Positions 47,864 to 58,055 of a stretch of DNA of 64,000 nt are shown piece after piece (position 1 is the first letter of the stretch; every line of letters begins with the position of its first letter). This DNA is from Bradymonadales bacterium (GTDB taxonomy: Bacteria > Bdellovibrionota > UBA2394). A model generated the notes under the pieces. The model ran no database searches. It was not told where the DNA came from and worked only from the letters and a program-made list of their open reading frames with translations. Location: contig REDG01000056.1 in assembly GCA_007693605.1 (NCBI GenBank), positions 4,358 through 68,357 on the forward strand. The letters run 5' to 3'. Position numbers and translations under genes: made by a program.

Positions 47864-49549
47864 CTAGATACTTTGATCTTCCCTTAAGTTTTCACAACGA
47901 ATGCTGCGAGTTTGATTCGCTTCGACCTTGACCCGCCCTTTGTAAGATTTTTGTGGGGTATCACAGCGAAACTCATGTTCGCCCACTTCTAACTCGATGC
48001 CGCGAGCGCGAGGGCCCGGAACAGATCCGATGAGTCGTCCTCCGATAAAAACTTGAGCGTAGCCCTCTGGCGGCGCAATCAGATTCACACGGCCTCTTTG
48101 CGCTTGAACTTGCGTGCGCCGATCTTCGACCACTTCAGGAGGCTCTTCGACGGGGATCGGTCTTCGAAGACGAGGCTCTGGTCGCTGTAAAATCCGAGTG
48201 ACCGCCTCGGTGGAGTCTCCACTCGTTCGAGTGTCTTCTGAAGCCTCTTCTTTGTCTGGCTCTGCGACGGGGCTTTCGACTGCAGAGGCTTCCTCTGACC
48301 GATCGGGGCGCAGCTCAGGCGAGGGGCTTGAAGGCTCACGAGGGCTTTGAGGGCCCTCAAAGAACAAAGCGAAGAGACTAGACAAAATCACGAAGGCCCC
48401 CCCGGCAATCAACAGATTTCTCTTCTTTCTCTTCTTCTCCGGATAGGTGGAAACCGTAATCTCTTCACCCAGCTCCGCGGCAGGCTGCAGCCCGGCCTCT
48501 AGGAGCTTCGACTTAAAGGCGATGTGGGTGTTCGGATTGGCTTGAGAACGGAGTAAAGGATCTTTGGCTTGTTCGAGCGCGGCCTTCAGTCGTTCCCTCT
48601 CTATTTTCATTTCTGTCTCAAACAGGCTGTGCATAAAGGCAGCCAGTTCTTGGCTGCTCAGGCTCAGTTTTTGTTCGATGGCGAACTGACTGAGATCTGA
48701 CAGAAGATGGCTGGCGCTTTGGTAACGATTCTCAGGCTCTCTTGCCAAGGTCTTCAAGACGATCTCATCGAGGGCCGGTGAGACGAGTGGGTTCTTCTCC
48801 GAGGGCTTCGGAACAAATCCGGCCTTCACTCGCTCGAGTGTTTGAATATCACTTTCTGCTCGGAACAGACGATCAGAGGTGAGAAGTTCATGTAAAATCA
48901 CCCCGACGGCGTAAATGTCTGTGGTTTGATCGATCGATCGACCAGAGGCTTGCTCTGGTGACATATAGCTAAACTTGCCCTTCAACACTCCGGCTTCGGT
49001 TCTTGAGATTCGAGAGGCGGCTTTGGCAATTCCAAAGTCTAGAATTTTCACTTCCCCCTCATACGAGATCACAATATTTTGAGGGCTCATATCGCGATGA
49101 ATAATCTTCAGAGGCTCGCCGAGTGAGTCGGTTTTTCGGTGGGCAAAGTCTAAGCCTTTTAAGACTTCGGTGATCAGATAAAGACACTGCTCGATCGAAA
49201 GATGAAGACCTTTTGTTTTTAGGGATCTTGTGATGTCTCGAAGATTTTTTCCTTCGACAAACTCCATCGTGATGTACAAGACCTCATCGACCTCGCCCAA
49301 TTCATAGATTTGTACAATATTGGCTTGATTGAGCTGAGCCGCAATTTTTGCCTCATCTTCGAACATTTCGACGAATTCAGGGTCCTCGCGCAGATGTTGA
49401 AGAATTTTCTTAATGACGACGATTTTCTCAAAGCCTCGTACGCCAGACTGCTTCGCTTTGTAGATCTCAGCCATGCCACCGACGGCGAGTCGGTCTAGCA
49501 GAATATAGTTCCCAAAGGGCTGAATAATAAATGAGGGGGTCTTGTCCAT
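47864..49549 (-). CDS. Hanks-type Ser/Thr protein kinase with TM segment and C-terminal extracytoplasmic PEGA domain
   Basis: GGMAEIYKAK, HRDMSPQNIV, DFGIAKA, SPEQ. After the TM helix (LLIAGGAFVILSSLFALFF) there is a PEGA-like block VNLIAPPEGYAQVFIGGRLIGSVP…GEHEFRCD. Confidence 0.85.
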   Translation of the reverse strand: MDKTPSFIIQPFGNYILLDRLAVGGMAEIYKAKQSGVRGFEKIVVIKKILQHLREDPEFVEMFEDEAKIAAQLNQANIVQIYELGEVDEVLYITMEFVEGKNLRDITRSLKTKGLHLSIEQCLYLITEVLKGLDFAHRKTDSLGEPLKIIHRDMSPQNIVISYEGEVKILDFGIAKAASRISRTEAGVLKGKFSYMSPEQASGRSIDQTTDIYAVGVILHELLTSDRLFRAESDIQTLERVKAGFVPKPSEKNPLVSPALDEIVLKTLAREPENRYQSASHLLSDLSQFAIEQKLSLSSQELAAFMHSLFETEMKIERERLKAALEQAKDPLLRSQANPNTHIAFKSKLLEAGLQPAAELGEEITVSTYPEKKRKKRNLLIAGGAFVILSSLFALFFEGPQSPREPSSPSPELRPDRSEEASAVESPVAEPDKEEASEDTRTSGDSTEAVTRILQRPEPRLRRPIPVEEPPEVVEDRRTQVQAQRGRVNLIAPPEGYAQVFIGGRLIGSVPGPRARGIELEVGEHEFRCDTPQKSYKGRVKVEANQTRSIRCENLREDQSI

Positions 49550-49596
49550 ATAATTGATACAATCTCCATTGTACCTAAAAACCCGTTTTCGCTGCC

Positions 49597-50640
49597 ATGC
49601 ACATATGCTTTATTACGGCTTTCATGTCGAAGTTCTTTCAATCTTTTGCCGATCTTCCAAGCTCTCGTGGCCGCGCCCTCTGTTTGGGGAATTTTGACGG
49701 CCTGCATTTAGGGCATCAGAAGCTTCTTGAGAGCTGTCTGCAGAAGGCTCGCGATAAGAAGCTTTCTAGTCTGGTCTTCAGTTTCGACCCACACCCTCGA
49801 AAGTTTCTTTCAGACCCCTCAAAGATTCGTATCCTTACCTTGCTCGAAGAGAAGCGGCATTTGCTCGGGGCGATGGGTTTCGACGAGATTCTTTTGCAGC
49901 GCTTCGATCGAGAGTTTTCGAAGATCGAGGCCGACGAGTTTGTTAAAATTCTCACCCGATACCTTTGTGCGAAAGTCGTCTTGTTTGGCAGAGATTTTCG
50001 CTTCGGCAAAGGAGCTAAGGGAAGTCGGGAGTGTTTTGAGAAAGTTTCTGGAGTGGAGGTGGTCGAGTTAGAGGCCGTCAGAGACAAGGCTTCAGAGGTT
50101 TTAAGTAGTGAGCGAATTCGAAGCCTTGTGCTTTCTGGGGATGTGGAGTCTGCCAATCGGCTCTTGGGTTATCCCTACTTTCTGAGCGGTGAAGTGATTC
50201 ATGGCGATAAACTGGGCAAACAACTGGGCTTTCCAACGGCGAATTTGCAGACATTCAACGAGTGTTTGCCGAAGCCAGGAGTCTATTTTAGCTCTGTTTG
50301 CTTGAAGGAGTCCTCATTGCTCTATCCGTCAGTGACGAATGTGGGATTTCGACCGAGTGTCAGCAATCAGGGAGAGCTTCGAATTGAAACCCATCTTCTT
50401 CAGTTTCAGGATGAGCTGGTTGGGCAAAGACTTCGGCTTCACTTCTTCAAGAGGCTTCGCCCAGAAAAGAAACTGAGTGGCCAGTCCGCTTTGGCCGCTC
50501 AAATCAAAGAGGATGTTGTGGCGGCGCAGCAATTTTGGGCTCAAAAATTCGATCTGAGGGATTCGGAGAGGATTTATTCGCGTCAACTCGCTCCGACTCT
50601 AAAACAAGAAATTCTTGGATTCATAAGCAAAATTAGTTGA
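49597..50640 (+). CDS. ribF: Bifunctional riboflavin kinase / FMN adenylyltransferase
   Basis: LCLGNFDGLHLGHQKLL (HxGH), C-terminal riboflavin kinase GFPTANL…E. An alternative start is ATG 49624. Confidence 0.85.
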   Translation: MHICFITAFMSKFFQSFADLPSSRGRALCLGNFDGLHLGHQKLLESCLQKARDKKLSSLVFSFDPHPRKFLSDPSKIRILTLLEEKRHLLGAMGFDEILLQRFDREFSKIEADEFVKILTRYLCAKVVLFGRDFRFGKGAKGSRECFEKVSGVEVVELEAVRDKASEVLSSERIRSLVLSGDVESANRLLGYPYFLSGEVIHGDKLGKQLGFPTANLQTFNECLPKPGVYFSSVCLKESSLLYPSVTNVGFRPSVSNQGELRIETHLLQFQDELVGQRLRLHFFKRLRPEKKLSGQSALAAQIKEDVVAAQQFWAQKFDLRDSERIYSRQLAPTLKQEILGFISKIS

Positions 50641-50778
50641 TGGCGACAGTTTCTGTCTGGCTTGGGGACAAAGTTTGCCGGGGAGGGGCACAAATTGTCC
50701 CTTTTGCGATAGAATTTTCTTGAGGCCGTCTAACACATTCGGCCAAGCACTTGCGTTATCGGGGGAGCGAGACAAGAT

Positions 50779-52494
50779 ATGGCAGCGGGATCTAAAGATC
50801 GTCTAGGCGAGTTACTCGTCAGAGAGAATCTCATTTCAGCCTCACAGTTGATGAAAGCTCAAGAGGCCTCTCGAAAAGAGGGCGGGCGGCTCAGCACGAA
50901 TCTCACGAAGTTGGGTTTCATCAAAGAAAACGAACTCACTCAATTTTTGAGCAAACAGTACGGCGTGCCTTCGGTCGATCTTAGCTCGTTTCAGATTGAT
51001 CCTGAGATCATTCGGCTCATCCCCGAAGATGTCGCTGAAAAACATTGTGTGATTGCCGTCAACAAAGTGGGCAGCAACCTGATTGTTGCCATGAGTGATC
51101 CTAGCAATATTTTTGCAGTGGACGATCTGAAGTTTCTAACGGGCTATAACATCGAAGTGGTCGTCTCATCGGAAGCCTCCATTCGTGAGGGCATCGCGAC
51201 TTACTACCAAGATGAGTCTTTGAAGTTCAACGAAGTTCTCGCAGACTTCGAAGATGAAGAAGTTGAGATTATCGCCTCTGAAGAAGAGATCAATGCCGCT
51301 CAACTCGAGAGGGCTTCTGAAGACGCTCCCGTCGTTAAGCTGGTCAATCTAATTCTGTTAGAGGCGATCAAAAAGGGGGCTTCAGATATTCATATTGAGC
51401 CCTACGAAAAGAATCTTCGGGTTCGCTATCGAATTGATGGAGTATTGCATGAGCAAATGAAACCGCCGATCAAGCTCCGAAACTCGATTGTCTCTCGGGT
51501 AAAAATCATGTCGTCTTTGGATATTGCCGAAAGACGACTTCCACAAGACGGTCGGATCAAGTTGAAGTACGGAAAAGGTCAAGATATGGAGTATCGGGTT
51601 TCGGTCTTGCCCACTCTGTTTGGCGAAAAGGTGGTCATGCGGCTTCTCGACAAGAGTAACCTCCAGCTCGACATGACTAAATTAGGCTTCGAAGAGAAGC
51701 AGTTGAAGGATTTTCAACACGCGATTCATCAACCCTACGGAATGGTTCTAGTGACAGGCCCGACGGGTTCAGGAAAGACGACCACATTGTATTCAGGCTT
51801 GGCCGAACTGAACAAGACCTCTGAAAATCTTTCGACGGCTGAAGACCCGGTTGAATTTAGTATCGGTGGAATCAATCAAGTTCAGATGCACGAAGATATT
51901 GGTTTAAACTTCGCAGCCGCTCTTCGTTCATTTCTTCGACAAGATCCTGACATCATCATGGTGGGAGAGATTCGAGACTTCGAAACGGCAGAGATTGCCA
52001 TTAAGGCGGCCCTTACGGGTCACTTGGTTTTGAGTACACTTCACACGAACGATGCTCCAAGCACCATTAGTCGACTTTTGAATATGGGGATTGAGCCCTT
52101 CTTGGTGGCCTCTGCGGTAAACGCGATTGTGGCGCAGAGATTGGGTCGAAAAATTTGTCAGGAGTGCAAAGTGGAAGACAAAGTGAGCGTACAGAACTTG
52201 TTGGATATCGGAGTTAACGCCGATATGGCCAGCGGCATGAAGGCCTTCGTCGGTAAAGGCTGCAAGGCCTGCGGAGAGACCGGCTACAAAGGTCGAATTG
52301 CTCTTTACGAAGTGATGGTGATGAAAGACGAGTTGAAAGACTTTGTTCTGAATGGGGCAAGCACCTCTGAACTAAAGAGAGAAGCCATTCGGCTGGGAAT
52401 GCAGACACTCAGAATGAGTGCGATCAAGAAAATCTCAGAAGGGGTCACCACAATCGAAGAGGCCTTACGAGTGACCGCCTCTGATACTAACTAA
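50779..52494 (+). CDS. pilB: Type IV pilus assembly ATPase PilB (GspE family) with N-terminal T2SSE_N/MshEN-like domain and C-terminal Cys4 zinc motif
   Basis: Walker A VTGPTGSGKTTT, Asp/His boxes, CQEC…CKAC tetracysteine. It is followed directly by pilT and pilC. Confidence 0.85.
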   Translation: MAAGSKDRLGELLVRENLISASQLMKAQEASRKEGGRLSTNLTKLGFIKENELTQFLSKQYGVPSVDLSSFQIDPEIIRLIPEDVAEKHCVIAVNKVGSNLIVAMSDPSNIFAVDDLKFLTGYNIEVVVSSEASIREGIATYYQDESLKFNEVLADFEDEEVEIIASEEEINAAQLERASEDAPVVKLVNLILLEAIKKGASDIHIEPYEKNLRVRYRIDGVLHEQMKPPIKLRNSIVSRVKIMSSLDIAERRLPQDGRIKLKYGKGQDMEYRVSVLPTLFGEKVVMRLLDKSNLQLDMTKLGFEEKQLKDFQHAIHQPYGMVLVTGPTGSGKTTTLYSGLAELNKTSENLSTAEDPVEFSIGGINQVQMHEDIGLNFAAALRSFLRQDPDIIMVGEIRDFETAEIAIKAALTGHLVLSTLHTNDAPSTISRLLNMGIEPFLVASAVNAIVAQRLGRKICQECKVEDKVSVQNLLDIGVNADMASGMKAFVGKGCKACGETGYKGRIALYEVMVMKDELKDFVLNGASTSELKREAIRLGMQTLRMSAIKKISEGVTTIEEALRVTASDTN

Positions 52495-52500
52495 GGAAGT

Positions 52501-53673
52501 ATGAGTTTTATGAATGACCAACCACAAAAAGCTTCTTCAGATGAATCCTCAGGCGGACGAATTACTCTTCACCAGCTTCTTAAGACGATGATGGAAAAAG
52601 GCGGAAGTGACCTTCATTTGACGGCAGCGACTGCACCCGCGATTCGAATTGATGGAGAGATTGTACCCTTAAAATTGCCGCCCTTGTCTCCGACGGATTG
52701 TAAGCGGCTTTGTTACAGTGTCTTGACGGATATTCAGAAGTCTCAGTTTGAAGAGAATCACGAACTCGATCTCTCTTTTGGAGTTAAAGAGCTGGCTCGA
52801 TTTCGAGCGAATATTTTTGTGCAGCGAGGGGTGGTTTCTGGGACATTCCGACAGATTCCCTTTAAGATTTCCACTCTAGAAGATTTGGGCTTGCCCAGTT
52901 CTGTGGCAGATTTGTGTAAGAAGCCTCGGGGACTCATTCTTGTGACAGGACCAACGGGTTCAGGAAAGTCGACGACTCTCGCATCGATGATTGACAAGAT
53001 CAATCGGGAGACTCATCAGCATATCTTAACCATTGAAGATCCCATTGAGTTTTTACATCCTCATAAGGGCTGTATCGTGAATCAGAGAGAGGTGACGCAC
53101 GATACGGAGAGCTTTGAGAAGGCCCTAAAATATATCCTTCGACAAGACCCCGATGTGGTGATGATCGGAGAGCTGAGAGATCTGGAGTCGATTGAGTCGG
53201 CCCTTGCCATTGCCGAGACGGGGCATCTTTGTTTTGCGACCCTTCATACTAACGGAGCCGTTCAGACCATCAATCGACTGATCGATGTTTTTCCCTCCAC
53301 CCAGCAGGAGCAAGTGCGGGCCCAGCTCTCGTTTGTGCTAGAGGGGATCATTTCTCAGACTCTTTTGCCCAGGGCTTCCGGCGTCGGTCGAGTCATGGCC
53401 TGCGAGATTTTGATTCCGAATGCGGCGGTGAGGAATCTTATTCGAGAAGACAAAGTTCATCAGATCTATTCACAAATGCAAATGGGCCAGGATCGGTCGG
53501 GAATGTTGACCCTGAATCAGAGTCTTTTGGAGATCTTTAAAAAGAGACTAGTGACTTTAGATGAAGTCTTGAGTGCGAGTTCCGATCCCGAAGAGTTGAG
53601 ACGAGCGATTGATGCGGAGGTTCCGCCAAAAGCAAATCCGGGCCAACAACGAGGTCAAATCAAGCGATCATAG
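52501..53673 (+). CDS. pilT: Twitching-motility retraction ATPase PilT
   Basis: LILVTGPTGSGKSTTLASMID, AIRE-like region. 390 aa. Confidence 0.85.
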   Translation: MSFMNDQPQKASSDESSGGRITLHQLLKTMMEKGGSDLHLTAATAPAIRIDGEIVPLKLPPLSPTDCKRLCYSVLTDIQKSQFEENHELDLSFGVKELARFRANIFVQRGVVSGTFRQIPFKISTLEDLGLPSSVADLCKKPRGLILVTGPTGSGKSTTLASMIDKINRETHQHILTIEDPIEFLHPHKGCIVNQREVTHDTESFEKALKYILRQDPDVVMIGELRDLESIESALAIAETGHLCFATLHTNGAVQTINRLIDVFPSTQQEQVRAQLSFVLEGIISQTLLPRASGVGRVMACEILIPNAAVRNLIREDKVHQIYSQMQMGQDRSGMLTLNQSLLEIFKKRLVTLDEVLSASSDPEELRRAIDAEVPPKANPGQQRGQIKRS

Positions 53674-53685
53674 AGGAGAAAACCG

Positions 53686-54912
53686 ATGGGTGTTTATAAA
53701 TGGGAAGGTGTCAGTCGTGATGGTCGAGTAAAGTCGGGAACCAAAGAGGCCCCAAACGAGGCCGCAGTTCTGCAGTTTCTGAGAGCTCAGCAGGTAAGAC
53801 CTCGCAGGATTCGGCTCTCTCGTTCGGCCTCACTCAACAAAGGCTTGAATCTGAACTTCGGTTCTCAAAAGATCAAGATGAAAGATCTGGTGGTTTTCTC
53901 GAGACAGTTTGCCACAATGATCGATGCCGGACTTCCCTTGGTGCAATGTCTAGATATTTTGGGAAGTCAGGCCGAGAATCAAAACTTCAGGAAAGTCATC
54001 AAGCAGGTTCAAAACGATGTCGAGGGGGGATCCACCTTTGCCGAAGCCTTAAAGAAACACCCGAAAGTTTTCGACTCTCTTTACTCCAACTTGATTGCCG
54101 CCGGAGAAGTCGGAGGGGTGTTGGATGTGGTCATGCAGAGAATCGCCACCTACCTTGAAAAGGCCGACAAACTGGCTCGCCAGGTGAAGAGCGCCATGGT
54201 GTATCCTGCGACGATTCTATTGGTTGCCATCGGGGTTATTGCAGTACTTTTGGTTTTCGTTATTCCCATCTTCGAAAATATGTTCGCCGAGATGGGCGGA
54301 GACGGGCTGCCCGCTCCCACGGCTTTCGTGATTGCTCTGTCAGAATGGGCTCAGAGTAATATCTTGTTTCTCATTGCTGGGGGGGTCGGTCTCGTATTTC
54401 TGTGGAAATACATCCGAAAGAATCCACGGGGCCGGGAAGTCACGGACGATCTGTTCTTAAGGTCTCCGGTTTTTGGTCCAGTTTTGCAAAAGGTGGCCGT
54501 GGCTCGATTTACCAGAACGCTGGGAACCATGATTTCTTCGGGAGTCCCGATCTTGGAAGCCCTCGACATTACGGCAAAGGCTTCTGGAAATATGACCGTG
54601 GAAAAAGCTGTGCTGAGAGCTCGGGCCAGTATTTCTGAGGGGAAGACGATTGCGGAACCCATCTCTCGATCGACGGTATTCCCTCCCATGGTTTGTCAGA
54701 TGATCAATGTGGGCGAACAGACAGGAGCTCTTGATACGATGCTCGGAAAGATTGCCGACTTCTATGACGACGAAGTCGATGCAGCCGTCAAAGGGCTTAC
54801 TTCTTTGATGGAGCCCGCGATGATGGTGATCTTGGGAGGACTGATCGGGGGGATGGTCGTCGCCATGTATCTTCCAATTTTCGAAATGGCCGGAAACCTA
54901 CAGGCGGGATAA
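53686..54912 (+). CDS. pilC: Type IV pilus platform protein PilC (GspF family)
   Basis: Two GspF repeats, 3-TM topology. 408 aa. Confidence 0.85.
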   Translation: MGVYKWEGVSRDGRVKSGTKEAPNEAAVLQFLRAQQVRPRRIRLSRSASLNKGLNLNFGSQKIKMKDLVVFSRQFATMIDAGLPLVQCLDILGSQAENQNFRKVIKQVQNDVEGGSTFAEALKKHPKVFDSLYSNLIAAGEVGGVLDVVMQRIATYLEKADKLARQVKSAMVYPATILLVAIGVIAVLLVFVIPIFENMFAEMGGDGLPAPTAFVIALSEWAQSNILFLIAGGVGLVFLWKYIRKNPRGREVTDDLFLRSPVFGPVLQKVAVARFTRTLGTMISSGVPILEALDITAKASGNMTVEKAVLRARASISEGKTIAEPISRSTVFPPMVCQMINVGEQTGALDTMLGKIADFYDDEVDAAVKGLTSLMEPAMMVILGGLIGGMVVAMYLPIFEMAGNLQAG

Positions 54913-54920
54913 CAAGAGAG

Positions 54921-56519
54921 ATGTTTCTGAGAGAGCAACATTACCATTTAGAGACTCGGCTCAAGTGGATCATTTGGGCGAGAGCACTCTTTTTGGGGGT
55001 CATGCTCCTCGGGGCGACCGGCTTTAATCTGTTCTTTGAAGAGATCGTTGGTCGTGGAGAGATTGGCCTGGTGGGGGCGGGAATTCTGTTCAGCTTCTTT
55101 TCTCGCTTTGCCTTGTGGTTTAGCGTCTTAGACTTTCAGAAGAGGATTTTGGCCTGGTCTCAAGTGGTCTTTGATGCGCTCTTTGCTTCAGGGCTCATTT
55201 ATTTAACCGGAGGCTTTTTCTCTAGCTTCATTTCGATCTATGGAATGGTGATTTTAGCAGCGGCCATTCTTTTGTTTACAAGGGGGGCTAGCATTGCGGC
55301 CATGATTGGGGCGGCCAGCTATGTCTTAGTCTCGATTTTAGGCCTGGAGTCGCTTTCTCTTTGGATGGATGCTCAAGTTTTGGTGCGACTGCTCTTTGTG
55401 CCGAGCAGTTTGATCTTGGTCGGAGCGCTGGTCGCCATTCTCTTTAGAAACAGGGAAGACTTGGTCAAGCGACTCGAAGAAACGCACTTAGATCTTGAAG
55501 AAAGCCACCAGCTCAACAGTGCGATTTTGGAGCAAATCCCTGAAGGCGTAATCTTGGTGAACCAAGAGGCTAAATTGATCTTTTCAAATCCGAAAGCTCG
55601 AGAGCTCTTTGGGGATTTGTTGAGCCAAGAAAATCTCAAAGAGACCGAGTTGAAATCGATCTTGAATGATCAGGACTTTCAGCGCTTAGATTGGGTCGTC
55701 AGGGGTGTCACGAGAAATCTACAGCTTCAGGCCTTGTCCCTGGGCTCGCAAGGCCGCCTGATTGTGATCCAAGATCGGACTCAAATTGAAGAGCTAGAGA
55801 AGCAGATTCAGTTGAAAGACAGGCTGGCCACGGTAGGGCAGTTGGCGGCAGGACTCGCCCATGAAATCAAAAATCCGCTCGCAAGCCTCAGCGGTTCCAT
55901 TCAGTTGATGAAGAGAGATCTTTCTCCAGACTCCGCCCAAGATCGCTTAATGCAAATTGTCTTGAGGGAAACAGATCGATTGGACGAACTCCTTGTTAAC
56001 TTTTTGAACTACGCCAAACCCTCTCGCTTGCAACTCAAGAGCTTTCATTTGGGAGAGCTTGTGCGAGAAATCAAAAGTCTTTTTGAACTGAAGAGAGAGT
56101 CTCCGGTGAAGAGCCTGGTATTGAGCTTGAAAGAGACGGGGGATTTGAATCTGATTGCCGACTCTTCTGCCTTGAGGCAAGTGGTATGGAATCTACTTCG
56201 AAATGCTGAGGCCGCCATGATTTCAGGCGGAGAGATTGCTATCGAACTAGACGGAAGCCAGTCTGGGCGGGTGCTGATGCTCGTTCGAGACAGCGGAAAG
56301 GGAATGTCTGAAGAGACGCAGAAAAGAATTTTTGAGCCTTTCTATACCGAGCGATCTCAGGGCATTGGTTTGGGCTTAGCCTTGGTTTATCAAATTTTAG
56401 AGGGGCATCAGGCCAAGCTTCAGTTGAAGTCGAAGCTTGGACAGGGCACAGAGATCCGAATGGAGTTTTTGAGAAAGGGACCGGCGATTGAGGAGCAGAG
56501 AGAGTTTTCTGCCGCTTAA
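54921..56519 (+). CDS. pilS: Sensor histidine kinase PilS-like (6-TM sensor, HisKA, HATPase_c)
   Basis: Multi-TM N-terminus. H-box LAAGLAHEIKNPLASL. N/G boxes LLRNAEAAM…DSGKGM…GIGLGLAL. Confidence 0.8.
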   Translation: MFLREQHYHLETRLKWIIWARALFLGVMLLGATGFNLFFEEIVGRGEIGLVGAGILFSFFSRFALWFSVLDFQKRILAWSQVVFDALFASGLIYLTGGFFSSFISIYGMVILAAAILLFTRGASIAAMIGAASYVLVSILGLESLSLWMDAQVLVRLLFVPSSLILVGALVAILFRNREDLVKRLEETHLDLEESHQLNSAILEQIPEGVILVNQEAKLIFSNPKARELFGDLLSQENLKETELKSILNDQDFQRLDWVVRGVTRNLQLQALSLGSQGRLIVIQDRTQIEELEKQIQLKDRLATVGQLAAGLAHEIKNPLASLSGSIQLMKRDLSPDSAQDRLMQIVLRETDRLDELLVNFLNYAKPSRLQLKSFHLGELVREIKSLFELKRESPVKSLVLSLKETGDLNLIADSSALRQVVWNLLRNAEAAMISGGEIAIELDGSQSGRVLMLVRDSGKGMSEETQKRIFEPFYTERSQGIGLGLALVYQILEGHQAKLQLKSKLGQGTEIRMEFLRKGPAIEEQREFSAA

Positions 56520-56537
56520 TGCCAAGGGGGAATCGAT

Positions 56538-58010
56538 ATGCGTATTTTAGTGGTCGATGATGAGCTAAGTGTAAGAGAGTTTTTTGAAATTCTCTTAAAG
56601 AAGGAGGGCTATGAAGTCTTTTGTTCCAGTGATGGGGCAGAAGCGCTTCGAATGATTCGTGACGAGCACTTCGATTTGTTGATCACCGATCTTCAAATGA
56701 AAGAAGTCGATGGGATGACGCTCTTAAAAGAAGCGAAAAGAATGCATGCGGACCTGCCAGTCATGATGATCACGGCTTTTGCGACCACCGATACGGCGGT
56801 TGAAGCCATGAAGCACGGAGCTTTTGATTACCTCAGTAAGCCTTTCAAAATTGATGAGATCAAAATTAGTATTGAAAAGGCTCTAGAGGCCAAGCGGCTT
56901 ACAGAAGAGAACCAGAATTTGAAGTCAGAGCTTCGAGAGAAGTATCAGTTCAAGAACCTTTTGGGCGAGAGCGAACCGATGCATCGCCTATACGACTTGA
57001 TTCGAAAGACTTCCGCAACAAAGACCAATGTTTTGATTTATGGTGAAAGTGGAACTGGAAAAGAGTTGGTGGCGAAAGCCATTCACTTCAACTCCGATCG
57101 AAAGGATCGAGCCTTTGTGACCGTGAATTGTGGAGCCATTCCTGAAAATTTAATCGAGAGTGAGCTGTTTGGTCATGTGAAGGGAGCCTTTACGGGCGCA
57201 GTTTCGAATAAGCAGGGTCTTTTCGAGGCCGCTCATAAGGGGACCATCTTTTTAGATGAAATCGGAGAGCTGCCTTTGCAAATGCAAGTGAAGCTCTTGA
57301 GAGCGATTCAAGAGAGGGCTTTTTTGAGAGTGGGGGGAACCGAAACCGCTCATGTGGATGTTCGATTGATTGCGGCAACCAATCGAGACTTAAGCGATGA
57401 AGTGAAGAAGGGAGCCTTTCGAGAAGATCTCTTTTATCGACTCAATGTGATCCAGTTGAAATTGCCACCACTTCGACATCGTAAGGCCGATATTCCTCTG
57501 CTAGCGAATCACTTTCTTGATAAATATTCGAAAGAGACCGGAAAGAAGGTTCAGAAGTTAAGCCCGAAGGCTTTAGAAAAGCTGATGGAGTACGATTTTT
57601 ACGGAAATGTTCGGGAATTGGAAAATATCATTGAACGGAGTGTGGCATTGGAGACCTCTGAAGAGATTCAGGTTCAATCTTTGCCGGGCAATGTGCTTCA
57701 TCCTCAGCCGCAGCGCGAGGAATTGTCCTTTGACTCTGCGAGAGATCAGATTGAGACCGGCAGCGTGGCGTTGGATTCTCTGATGGATTCTTTCGAAAGA
57801 GATCTTCTTCTGAGGGCCTTAGAGCGAACTAGAGGATCGAGAACTCGAGCCGCAAAGCTTTTGGGTATCAGTACTCGCTCGATTCGCTACCGCCTGAAAA
57901 AGCATCGAATTGGCGAGGTGGATGAGCTAGAAGAGGCAGGGCTTTCGGAGTTGGACGAGCACACAGAGGTGGCCTCCAAGAGCAGTTCAAAATACTCGAA
58001 AAATCAGTAA
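56538..58010 (+). CDS. pilR: Sigma-54-dependent response regulator PilR-like (REC-AAA+-HTH, NtrC family)
   Basis: REC VVDDE…DLLITDLQM, AAA+ GESGTGKELVA, GAFREDLFYRLNV, C-terminal Fis-type HTH. Confidence 0.85.
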   Translation: MRILVVDDELSVREFFEILLKKEGYEVFCSSDGAEALRMIRDEHFDLLITDLQMKEVDGMTLLKEAKRMHADLPVMMITAFATTDTAVEAMKHGAFDYLSKPFKIDEIKISIEKALEAKRLTEENQNLKSELREKYQFKNLLGESEPMHRLYDLIRKTSATKTNVLIYGESGTGKELVAKAIHFNSDRKDRAFVTVNCGAIPENLIESELFGHVKGAFTGAVSNKQGLFEAAHKGTIFLDEIGELPLQMQVKLLRAIQERAFLRVGGTETAHVDVRLIAATNRDLSDEVKKGAFREDLFYRLNVIQLKLPPLRHRKADIPLLANHFLDKYSKETGKKVQKLSPKALEKLMEYDFYGNVRELENIIERSVALETSEEIQVQSLPGNVLHPQPQREELSFDSARDQIETGSVALDSLMDSFERDLLLRALERTRGSRTRAAKLLGISTRSIRYRLKKHRIGEVDELEEAGLSELDEHTEVASKSSSKYSKNQ

Positions 58011-58055
58011 CTTAGACCTTGGCCCCTCGCCCCAAAAAAGGGCTACAATAGAAGG

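Noticed and set aside
58011-58055. Sigma-54 (-24 GG / -12 GC) promoter upstream of the first pilin
   Set aside because: No convincing TGGCAC-N5-TTGC match. I see only a TACAAT -10-like hexamer very close to the start. The region is too short and too ambiguous to call.
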